A stretch of DNA of 29,220 nucleotides, from the IMG/VR virus record IMGVR_UViG_3300032287_001571; one strand, written 5' to 3'. The stretch is from an uncultured virus (IMG/VR IMGVR_UViG_3300032287_001571) (Duplodnaviria > Heunggongvirae > Uroviricota > Caudoviricetes). Positions 9,370 to 18,952 of this stretch are shown piece after piece (position 1 is the first letter of the stretch; each line of letters begins with the position of its first letter). Position numbers and translations under genes: made by a program. Under the pieces are notes generated by a model that searched no databases, was not told the origin of the DNA, and saw only the letters and a list, made by a program, of their open reading frames with translations.

Positions 9370-10030
9370 TCCTGGGTTTCTCCTTGCCGAGGATGCGGCC
9401 CTCAAGGGGCGGTTCTCAACCATGACGGTCTCTGACGACCGTACTGGGTCACGGCCAGTGCAAGTTTTCTTTCGCTACCCAGAGAGCGAAACAGAGCGCT
9501 CCTACCCGTTCTTGACTATTGAGATGATTGACATCGTCCATGCCAAGAACCGCCAGCATTCAGAAGTTGAACTGGTGTTTGCCCGTACTGGAACTCCCCA
9601 AGCACCTCAGTTTTCCAACAGGACAAACTCACTGAAGTACTGGCCCAGCCGCAAAAGCAACCTGAACACTGGTACTGGCTCCACCCCCTTTCTCCTCAGC
9701 AATGAGTTTGTCCCTGTAGACTTGTTGTATCAAGTGTCTACATTTACTCGTAGCGCCCTTCACGACCGCCAACTCAGCAGTCAAATGTTGAGTACAATTA
9801 CTCCGTTCCGAAAGGGCTTCATTGAGGTCCCCGAGGACGGCACAATCAGGCGTTTAGACCTTTTGGACTGGACGACTGCGGACCTCCTTGACTCAGAGGC
9901 TGGTTACCGCAAGCGTATCTTCCGAAAGATTTACACACTTCAAATGTCGGCTGAGATTCCCTCACTTGACCTTTTCGGGCAGAAGCAGATTACATCCATC
10001 ACCACAACAGTTGAAGTATCCAACAGTTAG
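9362..10030 (+). CDS. Putative tail terminator/completion protein
   Basis: Probable GTG start at 9362 (MPNPGFLLAEDAALK) after GAGGAGG; YPFLTIE and PVDLLYQVST motifs; directly before the sheath. Confidence 0.6.
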   Translation: MPNPGFLLAEDAALKGRFSTMTVSDDRTGSRPVQVFFRYPESETERSYPFLTIEMIDIVHAKNRQHSEVELVFARTGTPQAPQFSNRTNSLKYWPSRKSNLNTGTGSTPFLLSNEFVPVDLLYQVSTFTRSALHDRQLSSQMLSTITPFRKGFIEVPEDGTIRRLDLLDWTTADLLDSEAGYRKRIFRKIYTLQMSAEIPSLDLFGQKQITSITTTVEVSNS

Positions 10031-10057
10031 TACCCATAGTCTTCCCAAGGAGTAACA

Positions 10058-11671
10058 ATGACATATTCACGCCCAGGCGTTTACATCACAGAGGGTCCGT
10101 TCTCCACGAACACCTTCGTGGGACCAGCGGTGACGCCAACCGCTTTCCTCGGCACGGCCCCTCGTGGTCCCGTCCGTTCCATTTCTGGTGGCTACTCAGG
10201 TGCCCCCACCCGCATTGAGTCGTGGACGCAGTACAAGTCGGTCTATGGTGACCTGACTAACTCGTCGGACCTCGGCTACGCCGTCTACCATTTCTTCGCA
10301 AACGGCGGTCGCACCGCCTATGTGACTCGTGTGGTGGCCCTGGCCGCTGTCAAGGCGAAGAGCGAGAACATCCTCGGCACCATCAGTGGTGGCTCGTCCA
10401 CCACGCTCTTCAAGGTTCAGGCCCAGAGCACTGGTACTTGGGCAAACTATGTGGCCGCTACCACAACGACCGTCAAGAAGGGCATCCAGGTTGTGGTCAC
10501 CGCTGGTCAGCGCAACGGCATCTCTGAGACGCTGTCGGGTGGCACGGGAACCCCTCTCACCTTCAACCTTGCTGTGTACTTCAATGACTCGGCTAGCCCT
10601 GTTGAGACTTGGGCAGAGGTGTCCATGGACCCCGATTCGCCACAGTACGCCCCTACCATCATCAACTCGTACTCAAACTACATTGATGTGACGGATGTGG
10701 CCGCTGGACTCACCGCTGGTGTGGCGTACACAATCACCGCCGACACCTACGATATGGGCACTGGCACTGGCTCCGTTGCAGGAACCGAGGGAACGGTTGC
10801 TGACTCCGACTGGGGCAACGCCGTGGATTCTCTGGACACCGTGTCTGGGTCCCTGCTCATCAACCTGGTGGGTCAGACCTCTGCCGCCCGAGTCAACGAT
10901 GCCCTGTCGTATGCTGAGACCCGTGGTAATGCCTTCGTGCTGATTGACCCAGCCTCCGACCAAACCACAGTTGCTGGTATCACTGGCCTGGTCGGGACGA
11001 CCTACACCAAGTCGTCCTTCGGAGCCGTGTACTACCCACTCCTGAAGATGCCAGACCCATCCCGTAGTGGCACCGCTACCCTGCGTGACACCTACCCAGG
11101 TGGGGCCCTGGCAGGTCTGTTCAGCCGTGTGGAGCAGGAGCGCACCGTCGCCAAGGCACCCGCTGGGTACGCCTACGATGTGCGCAACGCACTGGGTCTG
11201 ACGACCAACTTCACCGACTCGCAGGTCGGGAGCCTGTACGACGCCCATGTCAACACTCTCAAGGTTGTCCCTGGTGGTGGCGTCATCGTCAACGGTGCCC
11301 GTACCCTAAAGAAGACAGACATCACGAAGTATGTTCCAGTCCGTCGGGCGCTCAACTATGTCAAGACGAACATGGAGACCATCGCACAGACCTTCCTGTT
11401 TGAGCCGAACGGTGAGCGCACTTGGACTTCGGTGAACACCGCCCTCTCAAACTTCCTTTCCGACTTCTGGGCCGCTGGTGGTCTGAAGGGCCGTAATGTG
11501 ACGGAGGCGTTCTACATCGTCTGTGACTCAACCAACAACCCGTCCTACTCGGTCAACAACGGTGAACTCAACATTGAGGTCGGCGTTGCACTGCAAACAC
11601 CAGCCGAGTTCATCATTATCAACATCAGCCAGTTCGCTGGCGGAACAACCACCACTACAGAGAACCTGTAA
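10058..11671 (+). CDS. Contractile tail sheath protein
   Basis: MTYSRPGVYITE, AVYYP, KAPAG, GARTL, YVPVRR, FEPN and PAEFI motifs. Confidence 0.95.
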   Translation: MTYSRPGVYITEGPFSTNTFVGPAVTPTAFLGTAPRGPVRSISGGYSGAPTRIESWTQYKSVYGDLTNSSDLGYAVYHFFANGGRTAYVTRVVALAAVKAKSENILGTISGGSSTTLFKVQAQSTGTWANYVAATTTTVKKGIQVVVTAGQRNGISETLSGGTGTPLTFNLAVYFNDSASPVETWAEVSMDPDSPQYAPTIINSYSNYIDVTDVAAGLTAGVAYTITADTYDMGTGTGSVAGTEGTVADSDWGNAVDSLDTVSGSLLINLVGQTSAARVNDALSYAETRGNAFVLIDPASDQTTVAGITGLVGTTYTKSSFGAVYYPLLKMPDPSRSGTATLRDTYPGGALAGLFSRVEQERTVAKAPAGYAYDVRNALGLTTNFTDSQVGSLYDAHVNTLKVVPGGGVIVNGARTLKKTDITKYVPVRRALNYVKTNMETIAQTFLFEPNGERTWTSVNTALSNFLSDFWAAGGLKGRNVTEAFYIVCDSTNNPSYSVNNGELNIEVGVALQTPAEFIIINISQFAGGTTTTTENL

Positions 11672-11681
11672 GGAGTAAACA

Positions 11682-12302
11682 ATGGCAACAGCAACACGCA
11701 CAGACCCGTTGAGGAACTTCAAGTTCCAGGTCCAGATTGAGCCTCAGGGCGCCCTCAAAGCCCTCAGCCCCAACCTGAACAAACTGGGATTTGCTTCTAT
11801 GAGCGGACTCTCCGTCACCAATGACCTTCTCGCCTACCGTGAGGGTGGCATGAACACCCACACCCACAAAATGGTTGGTCTGTCTGACTTCAGCGCAGTC
11901 TCGTTCGTCCGTGGTCTTTTCGCCTCTGGTGACGAGATGTGGAAGTGGCAACAGTTCATTCACGCATGGGAGGGTGGCGTTCCGAACGGTAGCGTCGGCA
12001 TCTCCTCCTCTGGTGATTACCGCTGTGACATCGTGGTGAAGGTGTACGACCACCCAACCACCTCCAATGCCTACACCTATTCTGGTGGGGACAGTGTCAA
12101 CACGGGTTCGGCTACTGGACCTGGTAATGTCAAGTTGATGATGAAACTCTTCCGTTGCTGGCCAGGAAGTTTTGCACTCGGCGGTCTGTCGGCTGGTGAC
12201 AGCGGACTCCTCGTGCAGGAAATGACTGTTCATCACGAGGGGTTCGTCCTGGCCTTCAGCCAAGAGGATGCCACCAAGTACAATATGGGCTCATTCTCCT
12301 AA
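11682..12302 (+). CDS. Tail tube protein (T4 gp19-like)
   Basis: DPLRNFKFQV, GFASMSGL, YREGG, RG, CWP and HEG motifs; follows the sheath. Confidence 0.9.
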   Translation: MATATRTDPLRNFKFQVQIEPQGALKALSPNLNKLGFASMSGLSVTNDLLAYREGGMNTHTHKMVGLSDFSAVSFVRGLFASGDEMWKWQQFIHAWEGGVPNGSVGISSSGDYRCDIVVKVYDHPTTSNAYTYSGGDSVNTGSATGPGNVKLMMKLFRCWPGSFALGGLSAGDSGLLVQEMTVHHEGFVLAFSQEDATKYNMGSFS

Positions 12303-12326
12303 ACCAACTAACAAAAGGACAACTAA

Positions 12327-13124
12327 ATGTCAGAATCACTAGTTGACCTTGCTGAGTCTGCCAACAAGGCAATCAGCGGGGACGCACCATACATTGACAC
12401 ACCCCCTAAGACCTCCGTTTCTCTCATTCGTGGTGTGATGAACACTGCCACTGAAGAGTGGGAGACATCCGCAACAGTCAGGGAATTGACTGGCGAGGAT
12501 GAGGAGGCACTGGCGGCTTTGGACGCAGAACAAGAGTTGACATACAACGACTACATCGGGCAACTTCTGTCCAGGGCTGTCGTATCAGTTGGCTCGCAGA
12601 CGGTAAACAACAACCCCACACTGATTGATGACCTCATCATTGGTGACAGGGACCTGCTGTTTCTTGGGGTAATCAGGGCAACATACGGTCGTTACAGAGA
12701 ACTACGCATGACCTGCGGTAACTGTGGGGAAAGCAACGATGTCAAGATTGACCTTGACGAGGACTTCAAGGTACACGATGACGGGAAGGACCTGACCAAG
12801 CCCGTTTCTGTTGCCTTGCGAGATGGTTCCACCGTGTCGTTCAACCTCCCTACGGCGGGAGACAGCAGGCTTGCCCTCAAGAGGGCCAAGACATTAGCGG
12901 AGCAAAACACACAAATTGTTGCCCGATGCTTGATTGGGAGCATGGGGAAAGAGGAGAGGGAAGCGTGGGCCAAGAAACTTGGTGTCGCTGACCGAAAAAA
13001 CATCATAAAGGCACTTACCTCGGCACAGCCAGGTCCCCGCATGGGGGAGGTGGAGACTCAATGCGCCCACTGTGAGAAGGAACTAACAGTGGTTCTGGAT
13101 TGGGTCTCCCTTCTATTCGGTTGA
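12327..13124 (+). CDS. Tail/baseplate-hub assembly chaperone (T4 gp26-like, Zn-binding)
   Basis: RELTGEDEE, GDRDLL..IRATYG, two CxxC motifs (CGNC, CAHC); lies between tube and tape measure. Confidence 0.7.
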   Translation: MSESLVDLAESANKAISGDAPYIDTPPKTSVSLIRGVMNTATEEWETSATVRELTGEDEEALAALDAEQELTYNDYIGQLLSRAVVSVGSQTVNNNPTLIDDLIIGDRDLLFLGVIRATYGRYRELRMTCGNCGESNDVKIDLDEDFKVHDDGKDLTKPVSVALRDGSTVSFNLPTAGDSRLALKRAKTLAEQNTQIVARCLIGSMGKEEREAWAKKLGVADRKNIIKALTSAQPGPRMGEVETQCAHCEKELTVVLDWVSLLFG

Positions 13125-13263
13125 CCTTCGTCTTATTTACTGGGAATACGAACTGATAGCCACTTCGTACAGTGGTTTTAGCCTAACTGACCTCAAAGGC
13201 ATGGCTGTTCGTCAGCGTGCGTACTGGTTTGGTATGGCAAAATGGCGTAACAACAATTCTTAG
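13087..13263 (+). CDS. Startless ORF in the +1 frame; probable frameshift extension of the tail chaperone
   Basis: Open from after TAA 13084-13086 to TAG 13261-13263: ...VDLRLIYWEYELIATSYSGFSLTDLKGMAVRQRAYWFGMAKWRNNNS*; no ATG/GTG/TTG before 13201. Confidence 0.6.
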   Translation, partial: QWFWIGSPFYSVDLRLIYWEYELIATSYSGFSLTDLKGMAVRQRAYWFGMAKWRNNNS

Positions 13264-13271
13264 GATGAGAC

Positions 13272-15545
13272 ATGGTAGAGATTAACCAAGGCGGTGAGGG
13301 ACAGGACGCAATTGATGCGCTGTCTAGCCGTTCACGCACATCATCCCAAGGACGGTTGCAAGCCGATACTGGTGTCATTGACCGCCTAACCTCCTCATTC
13401 TCAAGACTCAGGGAAGAACTGCGGAGGCTCAAGACCCAAGCAACTGAAACCATGTCCGCACTTAGCGCAGTGTCGGGAGCCTCAGAGATTGGGGAAGGAC
13501 GGATAGCAGGAAATGCAGTTCGGACAAGCGTTCCCCCTGTAGGAACTACCACCAGAAATGCCACTGGTCAACTGTTCACCTCTGTCAGAGGTTACCTTAG
13601 TCCTACTGGTGGGCCAAGTGGCGGAGGTCCAAGTGGCGGAGGTCCAAGTGGCGGAGGTCCAAGTGGCGGAGGTCCAAGTGGTACAGGTGGTACAGGAAAC
13701 GGATACGGAAGAGGTGCTCGCACATACATCTCAGGCGCTGAATCAGCAAGTGGCCGTATTGCCCGTGGTGCCGAGTACTCACTACAGGCAGACCGCATGT
13801 CTGTTCAACTCCAGCAGATGTATGGCATGTCCAATGCGCAGGTCCGTCAACAACTGCGTATGCCTCTTACCAACTATCAGTTGTTGGGTGGTGGAGCGGC
13901 TATCAATGAACTCCTCAACATGCAGGCCAACACTGGTCTGACCGCTCTTAAGCAGGCATCCACTGTTGAGGCCTTCCGCACAATATCTGGATTTTCTCTC
14001 GGCGCTGGCGATGTGACCAACATGCTGACCACTATGGCTTCCCCAGATGTGGCAAACAGGATGTTCATGATGGGCGGAACTGGCATGTATGGCTTGGGGG
14101 GCAAGGAGCGGACTGGTATGCAGTCCATCCAAGATATTATCCGCCGTACTGGTCTGACCAACCCAGAGGCTTTGAAGGGCGCTCTGCAACCAGGCTCTAA
14201 CACACGCCAACGATTGACAGCCATGGGGGTGCCGCAGGACATGCAAGACATGGTCATCCAGTACGCCATGCAGAATGTCCAGTATCAGCGCAAAACTGGT
14301 GACAAGACCAAGATGTACTCTCCGTCAGAGCAGGACGACAGAAACATCATGGACATTGACACATCATATGCGGTGCAACATGAAAAAACGAGTGGCGCCC
14401 GTGTAAGGCGAGAAGAAGAGTTTTACGGAAAACAAGTTGACAACTTTGCTGACTTTGAGAAAAACCTTCGTAGTGCGACCAAAATGTTGGCTTCGTTTGA
14501 AAGTGCTATGGGTGGAATTATTGGATTAGGAATTAGCATCAAGGGTCATCCTGCTACTAGTATTGCTAAGAGTGTAATTGGGCTTCTCAACCCGTTTGAC
14601 GGAGACCCTGTAGACAGTACGGGGTTGGCCATGCCTGCCCAGTCTGTCGCACCATCTTTGTATGCCACAGGTGGGGATGCAAATGAGGGTATGGACACGG
14701 TTTTAAGCGCCAACAATGAAGCAAAGTTGGCTCAACTTGACCCAAGGCTTGCCACCCCGTTGCGGAAGATGCTCGCCGCACGACCAGGTCTAGAGATTGG
14801 TGACGCACGGAGGACATCAGCACAACAAGAACGGTCTTTTAGGGCCCGCTACACCCGTAGGCCAGACCTCAAAGAAAAAACCCAGGACGCTGACCGTATA
14901 TGGAATGGGGAGGTGTGGGTATATACACAACACGCCCAAAAGGGCCCTCCAATGGCGCCCCCAGGTCAGTCATACCACGAACAGGGCCTTGCGGCTGACT
15001 TGAGTCAAAAAGACAATGAGTGGATTCGCCAGAATGCCAGCCGTTTTGGTTTGGTGCACGGCGGAACAAACAGGGGAGAAAAGACAGACGAGCCTTTCCA
15101 TGTTCAACCAGCGGGGGTCGGGCGCTCAGGACAAGGTGCATCTGCTAGCAAGGTATCTTCAGCAGGAGTGTCCAAATCGTCTGCGTCTGCGCCTGTGTCT
15201 GGTTCTGTTCGTTCAGCCAGTGTTGCCCGTAATACTTCATCCCCCACTGGCGAATCTGCAATGGGCTCCTTTGCCGACGCTGGACAGCGGGCCTCTGCTA
15301 TAGCCCAAGCGGGATTGAAGGCGCAATTTGCTCCGATAATTGCAGGTACTGATACCGCACGGGGTGGAGACCCCGTGGACTATGTGTCTACCTCTGGTCC
15401 TGCTGGTGGTGGTTCAATTACTATTGCGCCCAATATTTACTTGAACGGTACGCAGGACATCAACAACGACATCAAGAGAATTGCCCGTGAAGTCGGTCGG
15501 TTGCTTGAGCAGGAAGTTTCTATGGTTAAGGCAAGGTCACGGTAA
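13272..15545 (+). CDS. Tape measure protein with C-terminal M15 (VanY/endolysin-like) Zn peptidase domain
   Basis: Follows the chaperone; helical N-terminal half; R...Q, PPGQSYHEQGLAADL and DEPFHVQ motifs; C-terminal ITIAPNIY. Confidence 0.8.
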   Translation: MVEINQGGEGQDAIDALSSRSRTSSQGRLQADTGVIDRLTSSFSRLREELRRLKTQATETMSALSAVSGASEIGEGRIAGNAVRTSVPPVGTTTRNATGQLFTSVRGYLSPTGGPSGGGPSGGGPSGGGPSGGGPSGTGGTGNGYGRGARTYISGAESASGRIARGAEYSLQADRMSVQLQQMYGMSNAQVRQQLRMPLTNYQLLGGGAAINELLNMQANTGLTALKQASTVEAFRTISGFSLGAGDVTNMLTTMASPDVANRMFMMGGTGMYGLGGKERTGMQSIQDIIRRTGLTNPEALKGALQPGSNTRQRLTAMGVPQDMQDMVIQYAMQNVQYQRKTGDKTKMYSPSEQDDRNIMDIDTSYAVQHEKTSGARVRREEEFYGKQVDNFADFEKNLRSATKMLASFESAMGGIIGLGISIKGHPATSIAKSVIGLLNPFDGDPVDSTGLAMPAQSVAPSLYATGGDANEGMDTVLSANNEAKLAQLDPRLATPLRKMLAARPGLEIGDARRTSAQQERSFRARYTRRPDLKEKTQDADRIWNGEVWVYTQHAQKGPPMAPPGQSYHEQGLAADLSQKDNEWIRQNASRFGLVHGGTNRGEKTDEPFHVQPAGVGRSGQGASASKVSSAGVSKSSASAPVSGSVRSASVARNTSSPTGESAMGSFADAGQRASAIAQAGLKAQFAPIIAGTDTARGGDPVDYVSTSGPAGGGSITIAPNIYLNGTQDINNDIKRIAREVGRLLEQEVSMVKARSR
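13614..13681 (+). repeat. 15-bp tandem repeat encoding (PSGGG)n
   Basis: CCAAGTGGCGGAGGT x4 perfect copies plus a partial copy. Confidence 0.95.
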
Positions 15546-17113
15546 TGGCAGACCCAGTAAACAACAGCACCAGGCGCAATCAGTTTGCGGACATAACAGA
15601 GTACGAGCCGTTTGATATTGCCAGAAACAACTTTGACAACCCTCCATTTACCTGGCCAGCCAAGCAGTACACCGACATCTCGGGAAACAACATTAAGATT
15701 CAACGGGGCTACATGAGGAGCCTAATCACAGACCCACGATGGTCGGTAACCCCCAATGTCAAGAACAGGCGTTTGTTCTTTCAATTCAACCCCACCGTAT
15801 TGGTTCGTTCGGTGCAACAGACAGTCGGCGCCATGAACCCACTGTTGCAGGACCCCGCACAGTTGGCTCAACCTGTGCCTGGTACTTCTACTTTTGGTTT
15901 TGAGTTGCTCTTCAACCGTGAGAAAGAGGTGGCTTCGGGCTCGTCATACCCACCTGGTCAGGCACCATCACCTAATGACATGATTATTCTTCCCAATGGA
16001 GATGCGGCCTTACCATCAGAAATAGGCGTTCTTGCTGACATCCTAGTCCTAGACACAATTACAGGGCAGGGTATATCCAAGGAAATGATTGATGCGTTAA
16101 CAAAAACAACTCAAAATGCCACCATAGATAACATCACTTCTCGTGAAGAGCGTATAAAGCAATTAGAAAAAGATGACGATAACAAGGATGTGATTGCCAT
16201 AGAGCAGGCAGACCTGTCTACTCTCAGGCAAAAACTTGACAGCCTGTCACAGGAATATACAATAAATATTGGTAACCAGGCGTTCTTAAACCCTTTGCCG
16301 TTCCGAGTTATGTTCTCGTCGTTGTTCATGGTGGAGGGGGTGGCAACAAGCATTGAGGTTCAGTATCAGAAGTTCAGTGCCACCATGGTGCCCACCCAAT
16401 GCAAGGTCATCATCAACATGTATGCGCTGTACCTCGGCTTTGCACAAAGAGACACATTCCTAACAAAAAATTTAGAGACAGCGGCACAAGATGCGTGGAC
16501 ACAACAGAACCAGGAGACAGCCCTTAGGTCACGCTTGAATCTTGGAATCAGGGAGATTTACATTCCTGGCATCAAGTTTGATACCGACGGGGGAGACGCT
16601 CGTGTTCGTGTTAAAGACTACAAAATCACCCTCTCGGAATCTCTAATAGACAGTTTAAAGAAAAAAGAAATAAAAGATTTACACATGACTGTCTCTATGA
16701 AACTGGCTTTTTTCCCCACGAGCACTTCTCAGGCAACCCTAAACTCACTGACATCACAAGGGCAGGTGGTGACATTTAATGGCGATAAGGTTGAAATACC
16801 AATCAGAAATATTAAAACCACTATTGACCCATCAGGCAACACTTATCAGGGCACCGATGGCCTTAAGTCACCAGAGGTGGAAAACCTCATAGAAGAAGAA
16901 CTCAAGCAGACTAGTCCTCGTCTGTTCTTGTCATATCTATTGGAGTTCGTATTTGTTGCGGATGGTGTTCAATCTACGCCCATTTTGCTCCCCATTGCCA
17001 ATGGAGTGCCGCTGTCTACTGGCTCCATGCCGCCAACGGACTATACTTCTCCTCCCCAAACATGGACCAACAGTCAAAGTGTCCGACCCCTTCCCCGTTC
17101 TGGCTCATACTGA
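15545..17113 (+). CDS. Putative tube-initiator/baseplate protein (CIS-tube-like N-terminal domain)
   Basis: FQFNPT, FELLFNR and VEG...IEVQYQKFS..MVPTQC motifs; lies after the tape measure. Confidence 0.55.
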   Translation: MADPVNNSTRRNQFADITEYEPFDIARNNFDNPPFTWPAKQYTDISGNNIKIQRGYMRSLITDPRWSVTPNVKNRRLFFQFNPTVLVRSVQQTVGAMNPLLQDPAQLAQPVPGTSTFGFELLFNREKEVASGSSYPPGQAPSPNDMIILPNGDAALPSEIGVLADILVLDTITGQGISKEMIDALTKTTQNATIDNITSREERIKQLEKDDDNKDVIAIEQADLSTLRQKLDSLSQEYTINIGNQAFLNPLPFRVMFSSLFMVEGVATSIEVQYQKFSATMVPTQCKVIINMYALYLGFAQRDTFLTKNLETAAQDAWTQQNQETALRSRLNLGIREIYIPGIKFDTDGGDARVRVKDYKITLSESLIDSLKKKEIKDLHMTVSMKLAFFPTSTSQATLNSLTSQGQVVTFNGDKVEIPIRNIKTTIDPSGNTYQGTDGLKSPEVENLIEEELKQTSPRLFLSYLLEFVFVADGVQSTPILLPIANGVPLSTGSMPPTDYTSPPQTWTNSQSVRPLPRSGSY

Positions 17114-17128
17114 TAGGTGAGATAGATA

Positions 17129-17383
17129 ATGATTTCGCCACTTTCTAGATACAGGCTTGTCTCCGAAAACCGAGAGGGTTCGGCGGTAATTATTGCCTCC
17201 CGTACAACCCAGTCAGTTCCTAACTACTCGTCGTATACGGTGCGTGACAAGGAAACTTTTCAAAGTATTTCCATGCGCTTGTTCGGTACACCGCTCTTGT
17301 ATTGGCGAATCGCTGACATCAATCCACAAGTGCCGTTTCCCAATTTTATTCCAGTGGGAACAACCATCCGCATCCCACAATGA
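17129..17383 (+). CDS. LysM/tail-X-like baseplate protein
   Basis: YTVRDKETFQSISMRLFG..LYWRIADINP...VGTTIRIP. Confidence 0.85.
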   Translation: MISPLSRYRLVSENREGSAVIIASRTTQSVPNYSSYTVRDKETFQSISMRLFGTPLLYWRIADINPQVPFPNFIPVGTTIRIPQ

Positions 17384-18528
17384 TTACCGCTGGTGCATCC
17401 TCACTGGAACTGAGGTTCTCCGTCAGCATTGACGGGGGAGAACTGGATTATTCGTCGGTTCAGTCCGTGAGCATTTCCTTGCAGGAAAACATGCACAATA
17501 TTGCATCACTGGAGGTTGCTGGCATACCCCCTGACTATCTCGTCAACTATTTGAATCTTCCAATAGTAATTACGGTCAAGGTGGGCGCCTATGGGTCGTA
17601 TACCTTTTATGGCTACATTTACAATTTGATACCAGTGTCAAAAAACAAAGACGGTCTAGTGAACAACAGCCCATTCCAGACCACTACGGTCAATTGTTTT
17701 GGAGCCACCTACACCATGCGTGGCAAAAAGACCCGTTCGTGGGAGCACTACACATTGCCGCAGATAGCCAGGGAGTTGGCCAACAAGTACGGGTTCACTG
17801 TGTCAGTCCCTAATGACCCGTTCGTGTTTAGTAGGTGGGTGCAATCCGAAAAAACAGACTGGGAAGTCCTCGTTGGTGCCTCTGATTATTTGGGATACAG
17901 GGTGTGTTCTGATGGCACTCACATTGACATCTGGGACCCATACGCCTCTCTTTCCCATAAAGGGTTCCGCAACCTGTACGCAATGAGTGGAAACAGGGGG
18001 AACATAAAGGCACGACCAGGGCAGGTGCTGAACTTTACAAGTCAGGTGAGTAACGCACTGAAGACATCCGACACCTTGTACTCTCTTGTTGATTCTTCCA
18101 TTATCACGAACACCTACAACGAGTCCAGTGGTATGGGCGCAACTGTTCAATCAATATTCCTAGATGAAGTATCAGAAAATGCGGTTAGTGTGGATATGGC
18201 ACAAGCCGCATTGAAGGGGAAGAACAGAAACAAATTCCCCATCAGTGCCTCAGTGACCGTGGTGGGAGACCCCTCTATTGTCCCTGGAATGGTTGTGGAC
18301 TTGCAGAAGTATGACAGTGGTATTGATGGCCTGTGGTTGGTCAAGGCGGCACGACACGAGATGTTTCGTGGCTCTGCCGTCTCCTATCTTGAACTAGTGC
18401 GGGACACATTTACATCAAACAACACCTATCCAACCGTCATTGCCCCCCCAACACCCGTTCTTCCAGACCCTGTACTAAAGAACAAGCGCTGGAATGCCCA
18501 AACGGAGCAGGTGTATGTTTATGCGTAA
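17380..18528 (+). CDS. Baseplate hub protein (gpD/gp27-like)
   Basis: QIARELANKYGF, QSEKTDWEVL, GDPSIVPGMVV and GLWLVKAARH motifs. Confidence 0.8.
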   Translation: MITAGASSLELRFSVSIDGGELDYSSVQSVSISLQENMHNIASLEVAGIPPDYLVNYLNLPIVITVKVGAYGSYTFYGYIYNLIPVSKNKDGLVNNSPFQTTTVNCFGATYTMRGKKTRSWEHYTLPQIARELANKYGFTVSVPNDPFVFSRWVQSEKTDWEVLVGASDYLGYRVCSDGTHIDIWDPYASLSHKGFRNLYAMSGNRGNIKARPGQVLNFTSQVSNALKTSDTLYSLVDSSIITNTYNESSGMGATVQSIFLDEVSENAVSVDMAQAALKGKNRNKFPISASVTVVGDPSIVPGMVVDLQKYDSGIDGLWLVKAARHEMFRGSAVSYLELVRDTFTSNNTYPTVIAPPTPVLPDPVLKNKRWNAQTEQVYVYA

Positions 18529-18537
18529 GGAGATTTC

Positions 18538-18945
18538 ATGAAATCATTGTCTGTCCCATTTAGGTTTGACGGTGGAAAAGTTGCGTACACAACGGACAAC
18601 AGCACCATCGCAAAACAGAAAATAATTGATGTGCTGGCCACCAGAAACATGGAAAGGGTCATGCGCCCAGAGCACGGGGCTGGAATCAGTGACCTTTTGT
18701 TTGAGCCCATGGACCCACTGGTCTTTGCCGACTACAAGATTGATGCCCTCAAGACCGTCAACGAATCAGTTAACAACGCCCTGGTTCGGGACATAATTAT
18801 GGACAATAATTCTGTGCAGTACAATGATACTGAAGAATCCACATTAGTTGTCCGAGTCGTCTACGATGTTGCAGGAGACGGAACCACGGTGTTTACCCTG
18901 ACATTGGACGGCACGAGGATTTTGACTGAAGACACCCCTATCTAG
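18538..18945 (+). CDS. Baseplate wedge / sheath initiator (gp25/GPW-like)
   Basis: LATRNMERVMRPEHGAGISDLLFEP motif. Confidence 0.9.
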   Translation: MKSLSVPFRFDGGKVAYTTDNSTIAKQKIIDVLATRNMERVMRPEHGAGISDLLFEPMDPLVFADYKIDALKTVNESVNNALVRDIIMDNNSVQYNDTEESTLVVRVVYDVAGDGTTVFTLTLDGTRILTEDTPI

Positions 18946-18952
18946 GACGACC

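Noticed and set aside
4376..12263. Several 140-200 aa - strand ORFs opposite structural genes
   Set aside because: Expected antisense open frames from strong codon bias; no motifs or RBS
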